Position numbers and translations under genes: made by a program. A DNA stretch of 64,000 bases. Origin: Tubulanus polymorphus. Its lineage: Eukaryota; Animalia; Nemertea. Under the pieces are notes generated by a model that was given only the letters and a program-made list of their open reading frames with translations, did not search any database and had not been told where the DNA came from. The stretch covers positions 5,170,231-5,234,230 of the forward strand of contig NC_134033.1 in the NCBI RefSeq assembly GCF_964204645.1, read 5' to 3'. Below, piece after piece: positions 13,240 to 26,296 of this stretch (its first letter is position 1; each line of letters starts with the position of its first letter).

Positions 13240-14189
13240 TTCTCAGAAGAGTACAATCTACAAGGCAATGCCGAATTCGCCAAGTGAAAAGTTGACGAAT
13301 TGATCGAGTCCAATTATTTTGTTTAAAAAAAATCTCCCCTCAAACTGGCGCCAGTCTCGTATTTGTGAAACTTTCATCTGTTCTCGGTTTCGCTGTTATT
13401 ACCGCGGTTTCTAAATTTAGACGTGTTGCAATATATCGTGTTTATAATCATGTGCAATTATTTTGCAAAAGATGTAAAATGTCGCTGCCGAATTGCGTTT
13501 AGTTTATTTCTGGTGCAATATATCTAATGCTATGGTCACATTTTACATTATATATCCTGCAGCATCATGAGATAATTCGCACCTTAAGCATTTAAGTTTT
13601 TATTCGCTATAAGTTCGACATTAAATTCTAAATTGAAAGTCCATAAACCCGAATCCGAACACAGTCGATTACGTATATCGGTCGTGCTTATTGACGAAAC
13701 GAAACCATTGATTTAAAAGTCACGGCTATGGATGGGCTCTAGCTCATCTAGGAAAGTCCATTCCTAGTGCGCTGATAATATTTTTGATGTTTAAAGTTCG
13801 ATTTCGTTTAGAAATGCCTCTCTAGACGTTCTGACGTCTAAAGTGTATGTAGTTCCTTTTTAAACGCCTCACAAGGAGACCCTAACAGAAATTGATTTTC
13901 CATTTCATCATGTCGACCTTGAACATTTTACAATAGGATCCTGTAATGATGTAGTTACTTTTATGACTGAGCTGAAAAACATTTTTCTTTAGGCAATATT
14001 TCATTTATTTATTTCCTGAATAATTTACATCAATAAATAGATACCAGACAAAATTACAATAGATGATTAATTTGGTTCATACAAAATATATATAAACTGA
14101 TGTAAAATAACAGCAGGGCAACCAGAGGAAAGCAGAGCTTGTAATATCAGGCACCCCAAAAGGAACAAATAGAGATGAAATACGCACGA

Positions 14190-14330
14190 TACACACAAAC
14201 ACACACACACGCACACACACTCGCAAGCAAGCAGCACACACGCACACACCAAAACACCCACCACATATAAGAAAACCACACACATATATTCACACACATT
14301 TACAAATAGACACACACACACACACAAAAA
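14190..14330. repeat. Imperfect (CA)n microsatellite in the LINE 3' UTR
   Basis: Visible CA runs; explains the spurious CV-rich ORFs. Confidence 0.85.
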
Positions 14331-14481
14331 TGTATACATATAAATACATAAAGTTATACCTTGGAGTTTATTCCAAGGTTATACATACATCATATGAGCG
14401 TAAGTAAGTACCATTTGAGAAGGTCATTGCACCTTATACATAATTATCATTATTATTATCTTCATGAATAAACTGTAACGA

Positions 14482-17418
14482 TTAATAATGAGAAAGTAAA
14501 TGGTTTTTTGTTCGATTTTTGAAACTTTCAATAGAAGGGGAGTTTTTAATTGAATCATTCATAATATTCCAAATATTTGGACCGTTGACTTTTATTGAGA
14601 AACCTTTTAGATTTGATTTGAATGAGTCAGGGCGGATGTTGTTGCTGTTTCTAGTGTTGTATCCAACGTCATTCGTCTTAAAAAAATTATTGAACATCTC
14701 AGGTAACTTGTTATTGACATATAGATACATGAATTGTCCAATTTGAAAATTGTTTATATCTGCCAATTTAAGAATTTTTGCAGACTTTAATAATGGTGAG
14801 GTATGGGCTCTAAAATCGGTTTTAAAGATAATGCGGACCGCTTTCTTCTGGAGAAGTTCCAGCTTTCTTAAGTTTGAAGGATAAGTATTACCCCATACAA
14901 TATTACAATAGGTGAGATGGCAATAAATGAAAGAATAATACAACTGCAGTAAAGTTGTTTTTGACAAAATTCCATAAAGTCTACCCATTATACCAATGAA
15001 CCGTGATAGTTTAGTACAGATGCTATTAATGTGTGACTTCCAAGTAAGCTGGTCGTCAACTTGAACGCCTAGAAATTTTGTTGTCGAGACTTGTGATATA
15101 GACATATTGTTGATTTTGATAGAAATTGAGTGTTTATGTTTAGCACGACTGAAAAACATGAAATGAGTCTTTTTCAAATTCAATGAAAGCCTATTTGCCC
15201 GAAACCAGATATTCAGTTTGTGTAGTTCTGTATTTACTATTATAGTTAACTCATTAATATTGATATGAGAAGTGAATACATTAGCATCATCAGCAAACAT
15301 GATAAGATTAAAAATGCTTGATGCGTTTGCAAGGTCATTTATATATAATAAGAAAAGGATCGGCCCCAAAATAGATCCTTGAGGCACTCCACAGAATACA
15401 GGATAGCTAGTGCTAGTAGTCTCTTTAAAAAGAACAGTCTGAAAACGGTTTGAAAGATAGTTTCTAAACCAGAGTAATGGCGTACCTCTGATGCCATAAT
15501 GGCAAAGTTTAGACAATAGAATTTCATGATTCACTGTATCAAATGCACGCGAAAGGTCTAAAAATATTCCTATAGTTGATTTGCCATTGTCTAAGTTATT
15601 GATAATTTTATCTATGATAACAGTAATAGCCATGTTGGTGGAATGGTCTTTTCTAAATCCAAATTGACATGGAGATAGTATTTTATACTTGTCCAAAAAA
15701 CTTATAACTCTTTTGTAAACTACTTTTTCTAAGATCTTGGAAATACATGGGAGTATTGATATTGGTCTGTAGTTTGAAAAATGTGAAACATCTCCAGATT
15801 TGAACGAAGGTAATATCTTAGATATTTTGAAGGATTCAGGTACTTGTCCATTAATCAAACTTAGATTTAAAATATGAGCTAACGGCCGAGATATAGCGTC
15901 AATTACTCTCTTAAGGATCTTTTGATTGATACCATCATGACCAGTGTTATTACTATTTTTAAATTTTGAAACAATATTTTCAATTTCCAAAGAATCTGTG
16001 GGAGAGAAAAAGATATTATTTTGTTGTGGCGGACCCAGAAAAGAAAAAAATGTTTTGTTAGTAGGTAAAATATCATTGGCTAGATTTGGACCCGCTTGTG
16101 CAAAACACTTATTAAATTCATTGGCTATACTAACATTATTTTTGTACATAACACCATTCTGTTCAAAAACATCAGGATATTTAGAATTTGATGATTTTCT
16201 ATTAATTAGGTCATTAATTATTTTCCAGGTTTCCTTGGGATCTCTCGCATTGTTTAACATAGAGTTATAGTGAAGCGTTTTAGCCTTTTTGATACAAGTA
16301 TTAAAAACGTTTCTATATCTATTGTAGATATCTCTATCAGTTTGAAGTTTACTAGACAGGTATCTTCTATAAAGAGAATCCTTCTTTTTCAAAGAAATCA
16401 ATAAACCGTTAGAAAACCATCCGTGTTTCTTGTCCCTATATATCGAAAACTTTCTATTGATTATAGGGAAACATTGCGTGTAGTATTTATAGAATACATC
16501 ATAAAAAGAGTTATAGGCAACATTAGCATCATGAATATTAAACACATGAGTCCAATCATGTGCAATTAGCTTTCGTTTAAATCGAGCGATATCATGATCT
16601 GACATTTTTCGATAACTAACTGTCCTAGTTGATGTATGGTTGACTTTGATTTCCGGCATAATTGCAAAAATTGGAAAGTGGTCAGATATATCATAGATCA
16701 GAATCCCTGAAATTGCATCGAAACTAGAATAACAGTTTGAATATATATTGTCAATAAGAGTAGAAGATCTGTCGGTTACTCGTGTTGACTTATCTATTAA
16801 ATTCGTAAAACCAGTTGAAAGCATATTAAAAATAAAATCTCCAGTCGGTTTATGAGAGTCGGCGTTGAAAAGATTTATATTGAAATCGCCCAAAATGAAG
16901 CACTTACGCCCTGTTCTAGTTAAGTTTTCTAAGAGTGGTAGAAAATCAGTATTAAAGTTATTGACACTTGCATCAGGCGGTCGATAGATAGTGCCAACAA
17001 TATGTTTTGACATATTATGTGGTAATTGGATTTCTATAAATAAACTTTCGAATGTGTCATTTACACATGTAAAATCATCCAGTATCCTAAATTTAATGGT
17101 GTTGTGGACAAACATCGCTATTCCACCACCACGTGTATCCTGTCTACTTATGAAAATCGACTCATAATCAGGCAAATTATACATTGACTTGTTGTCATGT
17201 TGAAGTTTAGTCCACGTTTCAGTAAAAGCTAAGATCCCAAAATTGAAACAGAGGGAGTGTAAATATAATTGCAAATTCTCAAAATTCTTATTAAAACTCC
17301 TTATATTTAGATGAAACAAGGAGAAGTTTGATAATCCAAACTTTGATAATTGCGTTAAATCCTTATAATATTTACTACTTGAACCTACGATAAACTCAGG
17401 ATGTGCATGACTGGCCAT
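14482..17418 (-). CDS. LINE ORF2: AP endonuclease + reverse transcriptase (978 aa)
   Basis: APE motifs HLNIRS, TETW, GGG, IYRPP, GDFN, IDNI and SDHFP. RT motifs YRPISIL, QFGFR, DLSRAFDTV, GVPQGSILGP, FADD and FLGV. Confidence 0.95.
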   Translation of the reverse strand: MASHAHPEFIVGSSSKYYKDLTQLSKFGLSNFSLFHLNIRSFNKNFENLQLYLHSLCFNFGILAFTETWTKLQHDNKSMYNLPDYESIFISRQDTRGGGIAMFVHNTIKFRILDDFTCVNDTFESLFIEIQLPHNMSKHIVGTIYRPPDASVNNFNTDFLPLLENLTRTGRKCFILGDFNINLFNADSHKPTGDFIFNMLSTGFTNLIDKSTRVTDRSSTLIDNIYSNCYSSFDAISGILIYDISDHFPIFAIMPEIKVNHTSTRTVSYRKMSDHDIARFKRKLIAHDWTHVFNIHDANVAYNSFYDVFYKYYTQCFPIINRKFSIYRDKKHGWFSNGLLISLKKKDSLYRRYLSSKLQTDRDIYNRYRNVFNTCIKKAKTLHYNSMLNNARDPKETWKIINDLINRKSSNSKYPDVFEQNGVMYKNNVSIANEFNKCFAQAGPNLANDILPTNKTFFSFLGPPQQNNIFFSPTDSLEIENIVSKFKNSNNTGHDGINQKILKRVIDAISRPLAHILNLSLINGQVPESFKISKILPSFKSGDVSHFSNYRPISILPCISKILEKVVYKRVISFLDKYKILSPCQFGFRKDHSTNMAITVIIDKIINNLDNGKSTIGIFLDLSRAFDTVNHEILLSKLCHYGIRGTPLLWFRNYLSNRFQTVLFKETTSTSYPVFCGVPQGSILGPILFLLYINDLANASSIFNLIMFADDANVFTSHININELTIIVNTELHKLNIWFRANRLSLNLKKTHFMFFSRAKHKHSISIKINNMSISQVSTTKFLGVQVDDQLTWKSHINSICTKLSRFIGIMGRLYGILSKTTLLQLYYSFIYCHLTYCNIVWGNTYPSNLRKLELLQKKAVRIIFKTDFRAHTSPLLKSAKILKLADINNFQIGQFMYLYVNNKLPEMFNNFFKTNDVGYNTRNSNNIRPDSFKSNLKGFSIKVNGPNIWNIMNDSIKNSPSIESFKNRTKNHLLSHY

Positions 17419-17699
17419 CTGCTAGTGGAATTGAAGCGTGATAGTAATACTTCGACGGCACTCACCGTTACATAATAAATTTCGCTCATTATGAACATAG
17501 TACGCATATGTATACACAAAAAAATCAATGAAAGCAAAGAAAAATTGACGATGTAGAAAATATGTGATCACAGCACATACTATTAGCAATAAACCATACC
17601 GAGTAACTAATATTTTAATTGACTGTTCAAATTCGCTTTGATAGTCTTGTATATTCGTAAACCGTGCGGAAATCTATACGGAGCGCGGCCTATAAGACA

Positions 17700-18000
17700 T
17701 AATATTATTATTACTGTCATTATTATAATTGTTATTATCATTGTTATTATTATTATTACTATCATTACTATTATTACTATCATAACTATTGTTACTATTA
17801 TTTCTATTATTACTATTATTACCATTATTACCATTACCATTATTACCATTATCACCATTATCACCACCCTCACCATCATCACCACCGTAACCACCATCAC
17901 CACCATCACCATCACCATCTTTACCATTATTACCATTATTATCATTATTATTATTAATATCATTATTATTATCATTATCATTATTATTATTATTATCATG
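17700..18000. repeat. Compound (ATT)n/(ACC)n/(ATC)n trinucleotide repeat
   Basis: Visible; explains the poly-I/poly-N ORFs. Confidence 0.95.
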
Positions 18001-18310
18001 TAGCATATATCATCGAAGTTTGATCGAAAGTCTAGTTATTAAAATCACTAACTGTAACAGTGACTGTAACCGTATCCGCTCAATTCATCTCTAGTTCCAT
18101 TTTCACTCAATTTCATTTCAACTTTTAGACAGACATCGCGGCGGTTATTAGCAATATTATTTTTCATCCGGATGTCTCGTTCTTACCGAACACGATGTCC
18201 TGAGATGGTTGAAAGCGACGATATCTAACCGTATAAAATAATTAGAGTCGTTCTTTTCGATCTCATTAACGGTTTGCCATCGAGTTGTATCATTTCTATA
18301 TCGGGTTAAG

Positions 18311-21300
18311 ATGTTGGACCGACTATTCGTGAATCGGTTTCTTCTTCTGATCGTTTGTACCGGTAAGTCGAATTTAACTATTTTCTCAGACTCTTCCGAG
18401 GAGGAAATAATGTATAGATATCAAACACGTTTGCGTTCTAATACTGCAGAACGTTTGTGAAACTAGTTTGTTCGAATTTCGCACGGACCAAGCGTTCATA
18501 TTTGCGAAAAGTCCGCTCTTAATTGGTCCAGTCAATTTTAGAACTGAATTGCCACACGTATGCAGTCATAGGTAGAAATGTCCATTAATGCAGTACTAGA
18601 ACACTACAAAGCAGCTAAAAAGTTAGTACATATCCATGCGATATCTGAACGTTGGATGGAAATGGACGGTTTAAAGATGAGTTTTTTCCTTGCAAAGAGA
18701 GTTCGTATTGCAAGTACACGTTACCTTCCTATGAAAAAAAAACTGATAAATAACCGTCGTCAATTGGAGCGAAAAAAATAGTCCGATGCAGGGCCGTTAT
18801 TAACTTTCGAGCGGACCAGTTCTCCATTGAGTAAATAGGAACTTACTGACATAAGTCAGATGAACAGAAAGTTTGCTCAATGTTAAGTTAGGTTTAGACA
18901 TTCGTGTCTTACAAGTTAAGTAATCATGATTACTTAGAAGTAAAGATCGTTATTGTCTCATGTTTATACATAAGGAAAAAAACTATTCAACCATCCGTGA
19001 TAAAATGGTATCAGGTTATTGCCAATGATTCGGTCTTTTTGATTACTGGAGTAAGGCTTAATTTAAATAGAAAACATGGATGCGAGAAAGGGAAAATATA
19101 ATTTCAAAATTAAAAAATTTTACATCAAAAGCGTTTGAAAATGAAAATGACATGTTATCCGATAATTTCCAAAATAAAAGAAACTAAATTGAAAGGAGTA
19201 AGAATTGCGTTGAATTGACTTCAAAATAGGAGAAACAAATGAACTTTACTGCTTACACTAGATTGAAAATTAAGAAGAAAATATCAAAAATGGGTTTTTT
19301 CTGAAAAAAAAATATCGAAGAAAGAGCGATAAAAATCTTTTTTTCGATACGATGTTTTTAATGCGATTCCGGCTGCTGGATCCGTGCTCTAGATATATAA
19401 TAAAAAAGGACCCGTAACTGTAAAAGGCCACATTCTACGGTTCAAATCCTTAAAGGGTAACAGGGGATTTCAATATTTTGATGAAGTTATATTTGACATA
19501 ACTTTTACAAAGAAGAAAATGACGTGTGCTGAAGGCGATCAAAATCGTGAACGTGCAGATTACGATCTAACGTCACTTATCGATACGAGTAGTTGACAGG
19601 GAGAAAACGACGACCCGCTTCTGTTTTGTCGAAATTAAACTAATTGTTGTCATTAATTGTTTCAGATTATTTCATCGCGTCCCAGAGATTTCGGGAACCT
19701 GCAATGCGAAATAGACGCTTTCCAGAATCTGGAATGCCGAGTAGATCGTTTCCCGAATCTGGGATAACGGGTAACTCACGTGGGATGCCTGACCGTAAAA
19801 TCCCCGGAAGCGGCGACATCAAAAACAACCAATTGATCGGAGATTACAAAGTGGCATCAGAAAGGATAGATAAAGATGGTGATTTAGTTCGAGTTTGTCC
19901 AGTCACGGGTTGTTTGTCTGATTTATGTACTTGCGGACTGTTTAACAACTGTTGTGACCTGATTGGAAAGTGCGTCATAAGAAGCGACGCGGACGAATTG
20001 AGACGAAACAAAACGACGCGACAAATTCAATGGACCGACTGTATATACGGAATCGGAATCGAGACGTATCAGTCAAAAGGTTTTATAGCGATCAGTCGAT
20101 GTCCGAGTGATTTCGACTTGAATTCAGACGTGCGTCGCTATTGCGAATCGCCGTCCCGTAATCTAGCAACTACGATACCTGTCTACATCGACGACTGGCT
20201 TCCGTTTAAGAATATGTATTGCGCAATGTGTCACGGGTTCAACGACACTCAATACAAACCGGCTAGACTCGTACTGCAGTGCACTACCACCACACGAATC
20301 GATGACGTCATCAGTAGCGTGCGCAATGCGTCTTCAAGCGACGATGTCGCGAAAGTTCGGCTGCCCGAAGATTGTCGTTTATTTTACGAGCATCAAGGGG
20401 ATATTCGATCGGTATTACAGCCGTGCATGCGCAATAGCATACCCGCCACGTCACAGTGCAACGAGTCAGTCCATCGGGACTTAAGGTCTAAATGCAGACG
20501 GGTTTTCAACCCGATATCAGCTGTAGTCGGTGGGCGGGTGAAAAGATACCGTAATTATTACTGTATGAAATGTGAACTGAGTGACAGCGGTTTAAACGAA
20601 TCAAGCATAGTTTGTGAACGTAATCAAACTGACCAGAAAACATTCGGTTTAAACATCTTACTCGATTTCAGTCTCGCGAACGGCGTAGAATTCCGAACTG
20701 CGGGAATGCCCGTCATCTCCTGGACGCCGAAAGAGTTTCTCTGCTCGGAAACGAACGAAATATTCGACCAGGAGACGCGTAGATGTCGCGGATACGGCTG
20801 TTTACGGGGATACCAACTTCTTGATACCGGTGAAGACAACGCCGTCTGCCGGCTTGTTCGGAACGAATGGCCTAGAATATCCGTAGGCGTTCAATTCTCT
20901 TTGTTTATCACGTTTAATGAAACACAGCGATTAGGTATGGAAACATTGAGTTATGACTTGTCGTATTTCATAGTGATCGGCTGCGGCGATGTCGATAAAT
21001 TCAAGATCGCAGAAATAGGAAGTTTGTCATCTATACTCAATGATTCATCATTATACAGACGAGATTTCACCGTTACCAGTTATGCAGAGTATATCGGTGA
21101 CGTCAACATCGAAACGATTGCGCGCGAATACCATACGATGATCACGTGTATGTTCGGTAAAGATGGCAGTCGGATGACCATTTCCGGTTACGAGTTGTCG
21201 ACTACGAGTTTGACTAAGAATACTCGGTGTGACCTCATCGATTCAGAGCCAGACGTAGGAAGTGATATGACCGGAAGTAGCTTATTTCTAGCCCAGTCCA

Positions 21301-22316
21301 ACCCGTCTTTCAAATATTACAGAATTTTTCAAATCACCACCGACAACGGGAAAACGAAATTTGTAAAATCAAGTAAATGTTCCACCAAAATCACCGACTG
21401 TGTGCGAGTGTATTCCAGTACGGGACTAATGGTTTGCAGACGACAAAACAATTCAAAATTCAAAATAACGGTCAGTTCGTTATTTTCCGATCGCGATTTC
21501 CTGATTACCTTTACCTGTAGCTGCCTGTCCGTCGTCGGTCTCCTGATAACGGTGGTAATCTATTTGAATGTTCCCGATCTGCGAACTCTTCCCGGTAAAC
21601 TCATCGTCAATCTCTGTATAACTCTCGCCGTGGCTCAAACTCTGCATATTTCCAGCCTGATCGGCGTTGATAATCGATTACTATGCGTGTCGATGGCCGC
21701 TGTTAAACACTATATTTGGATGGTTGTTTTCGCTTCGATGGCCGCTGTTTCTATTCACATGTTCACTACATTTTCTGCTGTTCTTAAACTGGTCGATTCT
21801 CCTAAGACGTTACTGTACTATCTACTATCAATTTGGCTCTCTCCATTCCTCATTGTCGGACCCTGTATCGTCCTACACAACACCGATACCAATCAGTACT
21901 CCGGTGCGGTTTACGGAAGCCCCGTTACTTGTTGGTTTAGTTCCAGTTTCTCCCTATTGATGGCGTTCGTTCTACCGATCGGTATTATCGATCTGGTCAG
22001 TATAATTCTATTCGTAGCTACAGTTTACCGCATTCACCGGTCATTTTCCGCGATGTCCACTTCATCATCTAACGCCAAACAGAAGAGGACGACCACATTC
22101 ATTTTCTACCGGATGGCTCTAGTGACCGGGGTCACGTGGGTGGTCGGGTTCGTAGCGTCGTTCGTAAATAACGATTATCTCTGGTATTTCTTCAATTTGT
22201 TGAACTCGTCTCAAGGTTTTCTAGTTTTCTTGGCTTTCATCGTCAACAAACGAGTGTTCGATATGTGCCGGGAGAAATTCAATTCGAGTCAAGCCACCAA
22301 AACCACAAACGAATAA
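18311..22316 (+). CDS. Class-B (Methuselah-like/adhesion-like) GPCR with Cys-rich ectodomain, 2 exons (18311-18362, 19666-22316; 900 aa)
   Basis: Exon 1 MLDRLFVNRFLLLIVCT+G|gtaag splices in frame to tttcag|AT (GAT codon of the long ORF). Contains an SMB-like CTCGLFNNCC, two [YF][KR]NxYCxxC repeats, and class-B 7TM motifs LRTLPGK, CW and LNSSQGFLVF. Confidence 0.88.
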
Positions 22317-23659
22317 CGAAAACGATTCTACAGAAACAGTAAGACGGGCTTAGGTCGACTAGTGACGAGCATCAGCAACGGGTCTGACAACAATGTTGCG
22401 TCGGTTGATGGATAATCTTTGCATTGTCTTGACCGTGTTTTTGTAAAATGTCGTCGTCGTCAGTACAGCAATATCGCTTTTGATTGAATGCTTCGAAAAT
22501 ACAAATCGATATAATAGACTTAGACCTATCAGTCAAATATATTCTAATATATCTATTCATATGCATGATGAAGTCAAAATAGTAGTCCCAGTAGCCTAGT
22601 AATACGAATATAACCTCGTTAAGCCTGTTGATTAAAGTACTGCATTCTTGATGTCCTGGGTCAAGTTTTTTCGATGCATTTCTCAAACCGGTTATTCGGA
22701 TGTTGCTATGAATTATTTGACCAAATGATACTTTACAACATAATCCTAAACGACGTTCATCTATCGTTAACTTTGATCATTACGTCAATGTCTTTTATCA
22801 TAATTCATAATTCAGTTGTTCAAAGGTTCAAAAATCGGTGTCTTCTGATCAGTAAACTACGAAGGCAAAACGTACAACAATAATGCGTGTAATAGTTTCA
22901 CTCGCATTTGCAATATTTACCCTTCCATCTGCAACTATTAGTGCATTTCTACCAGTCTCACAGGAACAGACAGATTTTCTATTCGAAATTTTTCACACAA
23001 TTTCATGTTTGTAACTATGTGGTAAATTTCATCGTATATCTTTTACTGGGACGAGAAATTCGTGAATATTTCTGATGAAAATTTGTCGTAGAAAATCAGT
23101 AGAAAATATCCATTCATTTCTAGAAAAATCGTCGAGGAAGGAGCCTTGTTTACTTGGTTTAGATTGAAAACAATGAAATGAGAAATGTATTCTGTTTCTG
23201 GTCAGCGCGCACGTCGACCTAGAACCACGCGTCGAAATTTTTTTTTCTGAAACAAAAATCGGCTCCGAAATTCGCGCTATTGTCTGATTGCGAATGAAAA
23301 CAAGCGTGTTGATATCGATATGAATTTTGAAAGGGCCGGCTTCTATACGTCCGTTCGGACTTGTTCCTATCGACTAATTCATCATACCCGATAGTCAAAT
23401 GTAGGAACAATAAAAAAAGAAAACGCATCACTGCATCATTGTTTGCAGAAGGGCCTAACCAGGAAAGGAATATATTTTTTTTGCCTAATCGATCTGATTT
23501 ACACATTTATTCACGTTATCAAAACTTGCAAACCATGCCTTATCTAGTGAATCTTATGACATTTCTGCACGTTATCAACGTGTTTATTCGTGAAAAAATA
23601 CATCGAATTCATCCAATCCGTGGCACGTTGAAATCAACATTGCGATATCATATTCTATG

Positions 23660-24300
23660 AGATTTATCAAAGGCGTTTGATACAGTCTATCACGAAATTT
23701 AGTTTAAATTGAAAACTTAAATTTACTTATGGAGTAAAGAGACTTTCCGCTTAAAGGTTTGAAAATTATTTTGAAAATTAGAAAACAATTACGATGATAA
23801 ATTCATATAGTATACCCTTATAACTGGAGTTCACCAAGGCTCAATAATTGGTCCTTATTTATTTCTATTTTTTCTGCATTTCAAGGGACGGTTTTTGATG
23901 GTGGATCAAGCGCCAGGCCTTCGGGCTATGTCATGGCACTGGACCCACACGCAATACACTTTTTCCTTACTTTTTTGTTATATGTAAAACATAAATCAAA
24001 TTTTCCAATGTGTTAAAACTTATATTTTTGCTGATATTGACACGAATGCTTTTTATGGTGATAACAATTTAGTCCGATTAATACGTACCGTACTGTATAT
24101 TACTATTGTAAACTATCATCTAAAGAATTATCAAAACTGTCAGAGTCTGGTTTCAAATGAACAAACCGTCAATAAATGTTTTTATGTAGACGTCATTTAT
24201 GATCTTAAGTAAATTTGTGAAACATAACTTGAGGCTATCTATTCCCAAAAGAGATTGAACCAGGTCAATGTTACACATTTTCTTGCGGAATTAATTTCAG
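23660..24300 (+). mobile_element. Degenerate LINE RT fragment
   Basis: Encodes DLSKAFDTV (23661) and GVHQGSIIGP (~23826) with many indels. Duplicated at 50325-50800, where FADDTN is readable. Confidence 0.75.
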
Positions 24301-24311
24301 TGGAATCTTAA

Positions 24312-24726
24312 GCCCGGCGCATACCTTTGCGATTGCTCGGATGATCGCTTCATCGCATGGTTTTATCGCATCGTCGTAAAAGGTATGCGGTGGCATCCGG
24401 AGCCGATTTCATCGCATCATCGCTTCATCGCAACAAATCAAACTTGTTTGATATTTTCGCATGCGATTTTACCGTGCGATGATTATCGTAAAGGTGTGCG
24501 GGCTACGCTGTCGATGTTCCGAACGAAAATTTTTAGTAGCCAATCAGAATTAAGGATGAAGCAATCACGTGATGTTCAAAATGGCGGCTCAGTCACTTGA
24601 TTGAATCCAACTCGAGGTCCTCATAAAAAAGCGCAAAGGTATGCGGGGATGATGCGATTTTCATCGTGTCATCGTGTCATCGCATGCGATGATACGATGA
24701 CACGATCGCAAAGGTGTGCGCCCGGC
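24312..24726. mobile_element. TTAA-flanked MITE with 22-bp TIRs
   Basis: gcccggcgcatacctttgcgat ... atcgcaaaggtgtgcgcccggc, with TTAA on both sides and internal atcgcatcg/cgatgcgat inverted subrepeats. Truncated copy at ~50809-51190. Confidence 0.85.
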
Positions 24727-24851
24727 TTAAGCCGTGGTGATCTCGAAATATTGGCATAATGAAAAGAGTTAAATATGAGCTCCCATGTCCGACATGATTC
24801 ACTGGCATACATTCCTTATGTCACCGAAAGACTGGCGATGATAAATATCTA

Positions 24852-25320
24852 CAGTAAACCTCGCATAAGTCGGATCCGCAAAAGTTGGATAAACGGACAA
24901 GTCGTTTAAATTCAGAGATCCCGTTTTTTTCTTCTTATTTTCGACTAAATTTCTGTCCCATAGTCGGATTTTACTAGTCGGAAACTCGCCTATATGTCGT
25001 AGTGTAAAGTGTGATCCCAAAATATAAAATCCATTCAAATCATTGTCTCATAGTCGGATCATTTATTAATTACACTATTCTTTAAGATGTTAAAAATAGG
25101 CTTCATCATAACCAGAATATCATGTTGAAAAAGTAAATAAAAAAAGAGTTTCATTCATTTTCATGTTTTATTTTCATTCCATTCAGTGACGTTTTTCTAT
25201 GGCCATATCGGATTTTCAACTAAGAAAGTGAAAAACTCTACTTGCCCAAAGTCGGATTTTGTTCCTAACTCGGAGGATTTTTTGCTGGTCCCAAATGATC
25301 CGACTTATGCGAGGTTTCTG
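24852..25320. mobile_element. Tc1/mariner-pogo-type MITE
   Basis: ta|cagtaaacctcgcataagtcggatc ... gatccgacttatgcgaggtttctg. ~25-bp TIRs beginning CAGT after TA. Confidence 0.8.
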
Positions 25321-25494
25321 TTAACTGAACCAGTTACTAACCAAATATACCGATCCGAAAATCCCTAGAACAGTGGATACATAACCACCAGGAGAGACGG
25401 TTATAACGAATGAAGTCAGACAGTAAGATTACGCACACTGACCGGAGTTCGAACCCGTGTCTCGTGCGAAGAAAGATATCGTGCTGACCTGCAG

Positions 25495-25596
25495 GGTCCA
25501 GTTCCACAGTTCCGAGTTAAGATTTGACTCTGAGGTAACCCAATGAACTAACTTTAACTCAGAGTTAACTCTAACTCACAACTGTGGAACTGGGTC
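25495..25596. mobile_element. ~100-bp palindromic MITE with CAG target duplication (PIF/Harbinger-like)
   Basis: cag|ggtccagttccacagtt ... aactgtggaactgggtc|cag. Related inverted copies at ~32884-32993 and ~41889-41998 are also CAG-flanked. Confidence 0.75.
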
Positions 25597-26129
25597 CAGT
25601 AGATCAATAGAAATAGCCCATATGATTAGTCCATATAGCTTGTCATTTAATGTTTTGGATAGCTTGTTTTTCGTCTACACCTACACAAATGTGAAAATTA
25701 GATATATTGATATAAAAGTTGATTCATCAAGTTCATGTCACTTGGGTCAGTCCGATGTGAATGCTAATTGAATGGACTTTGATGGTTTCATGAAGCTGGA
25801 ATCAAACAAATGAGTTTCACTGTGCTATGCACGCCTTCCAACAGTTTTGTATTAGGTATTGGACACTTTAAAATTAACTGCAGTCCGCTTCTAGTTGAAA
25901 CCGTGTACAAAAGTTTTGACCACGTGATCACTGTCGCCATCACATTTACTGAATCGATATAAATCAATGATGACAGATGTCAAGGTTTCCGCCGGGCATG
26001 GTGTACCGCGGCGTATTTGTCAACATAATGACGTCATGTAGAGGGTACATATACACATTTCGTTTCGATGTTTATCCCTGTAAGGCAAATCGATTCGATA
26101 GACAAAGAATGCCGCGAGGCAGTCGTTAC

Positions 26130-26296
26130 ATACCGGAAGTAAATTACCGGATGCCGGTACACGTGAATGACCGGAAGTTGATTTACCGGATATCCATGCA
26201 GCTGTTCGGATGGATGGATTTTTGTATAAAACCGCAGTCAAATCTAACCACGATCATCTCGTACTCCAGACTCGAAGGACTTCACATTTTAACAAG
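26130..26296 (+). promoter_or_regulatory. Promoter and non-coding first exon of pseudo-astacin gene 1
   Basis: CCGGAAGT (ETS-type) at 26133 and 26171, TATAAAA at 26225, donor AAG|gtaaga at 26296/26297. Layout conserved at 35377-35537 and 47704-47839. Confidence 0.65.

Larger units (their letters stand above)
14060..17430 (-). mobile_element. Non-LTR retrotransposon of the L2/CR1/Crack group
   Basis: Intact APE+RT ORF2 followed by a ~400-bp 3' UTR containing (GT)n. No ORF1 is evident upstream. Confidence 0.9.

Noticed and set aside
17607-18006. Poly-Ile/Asn/Met ORFs (and CV-rich ORFs at 14067-14339)
   Set aside because: Artefacts of microsatellites.
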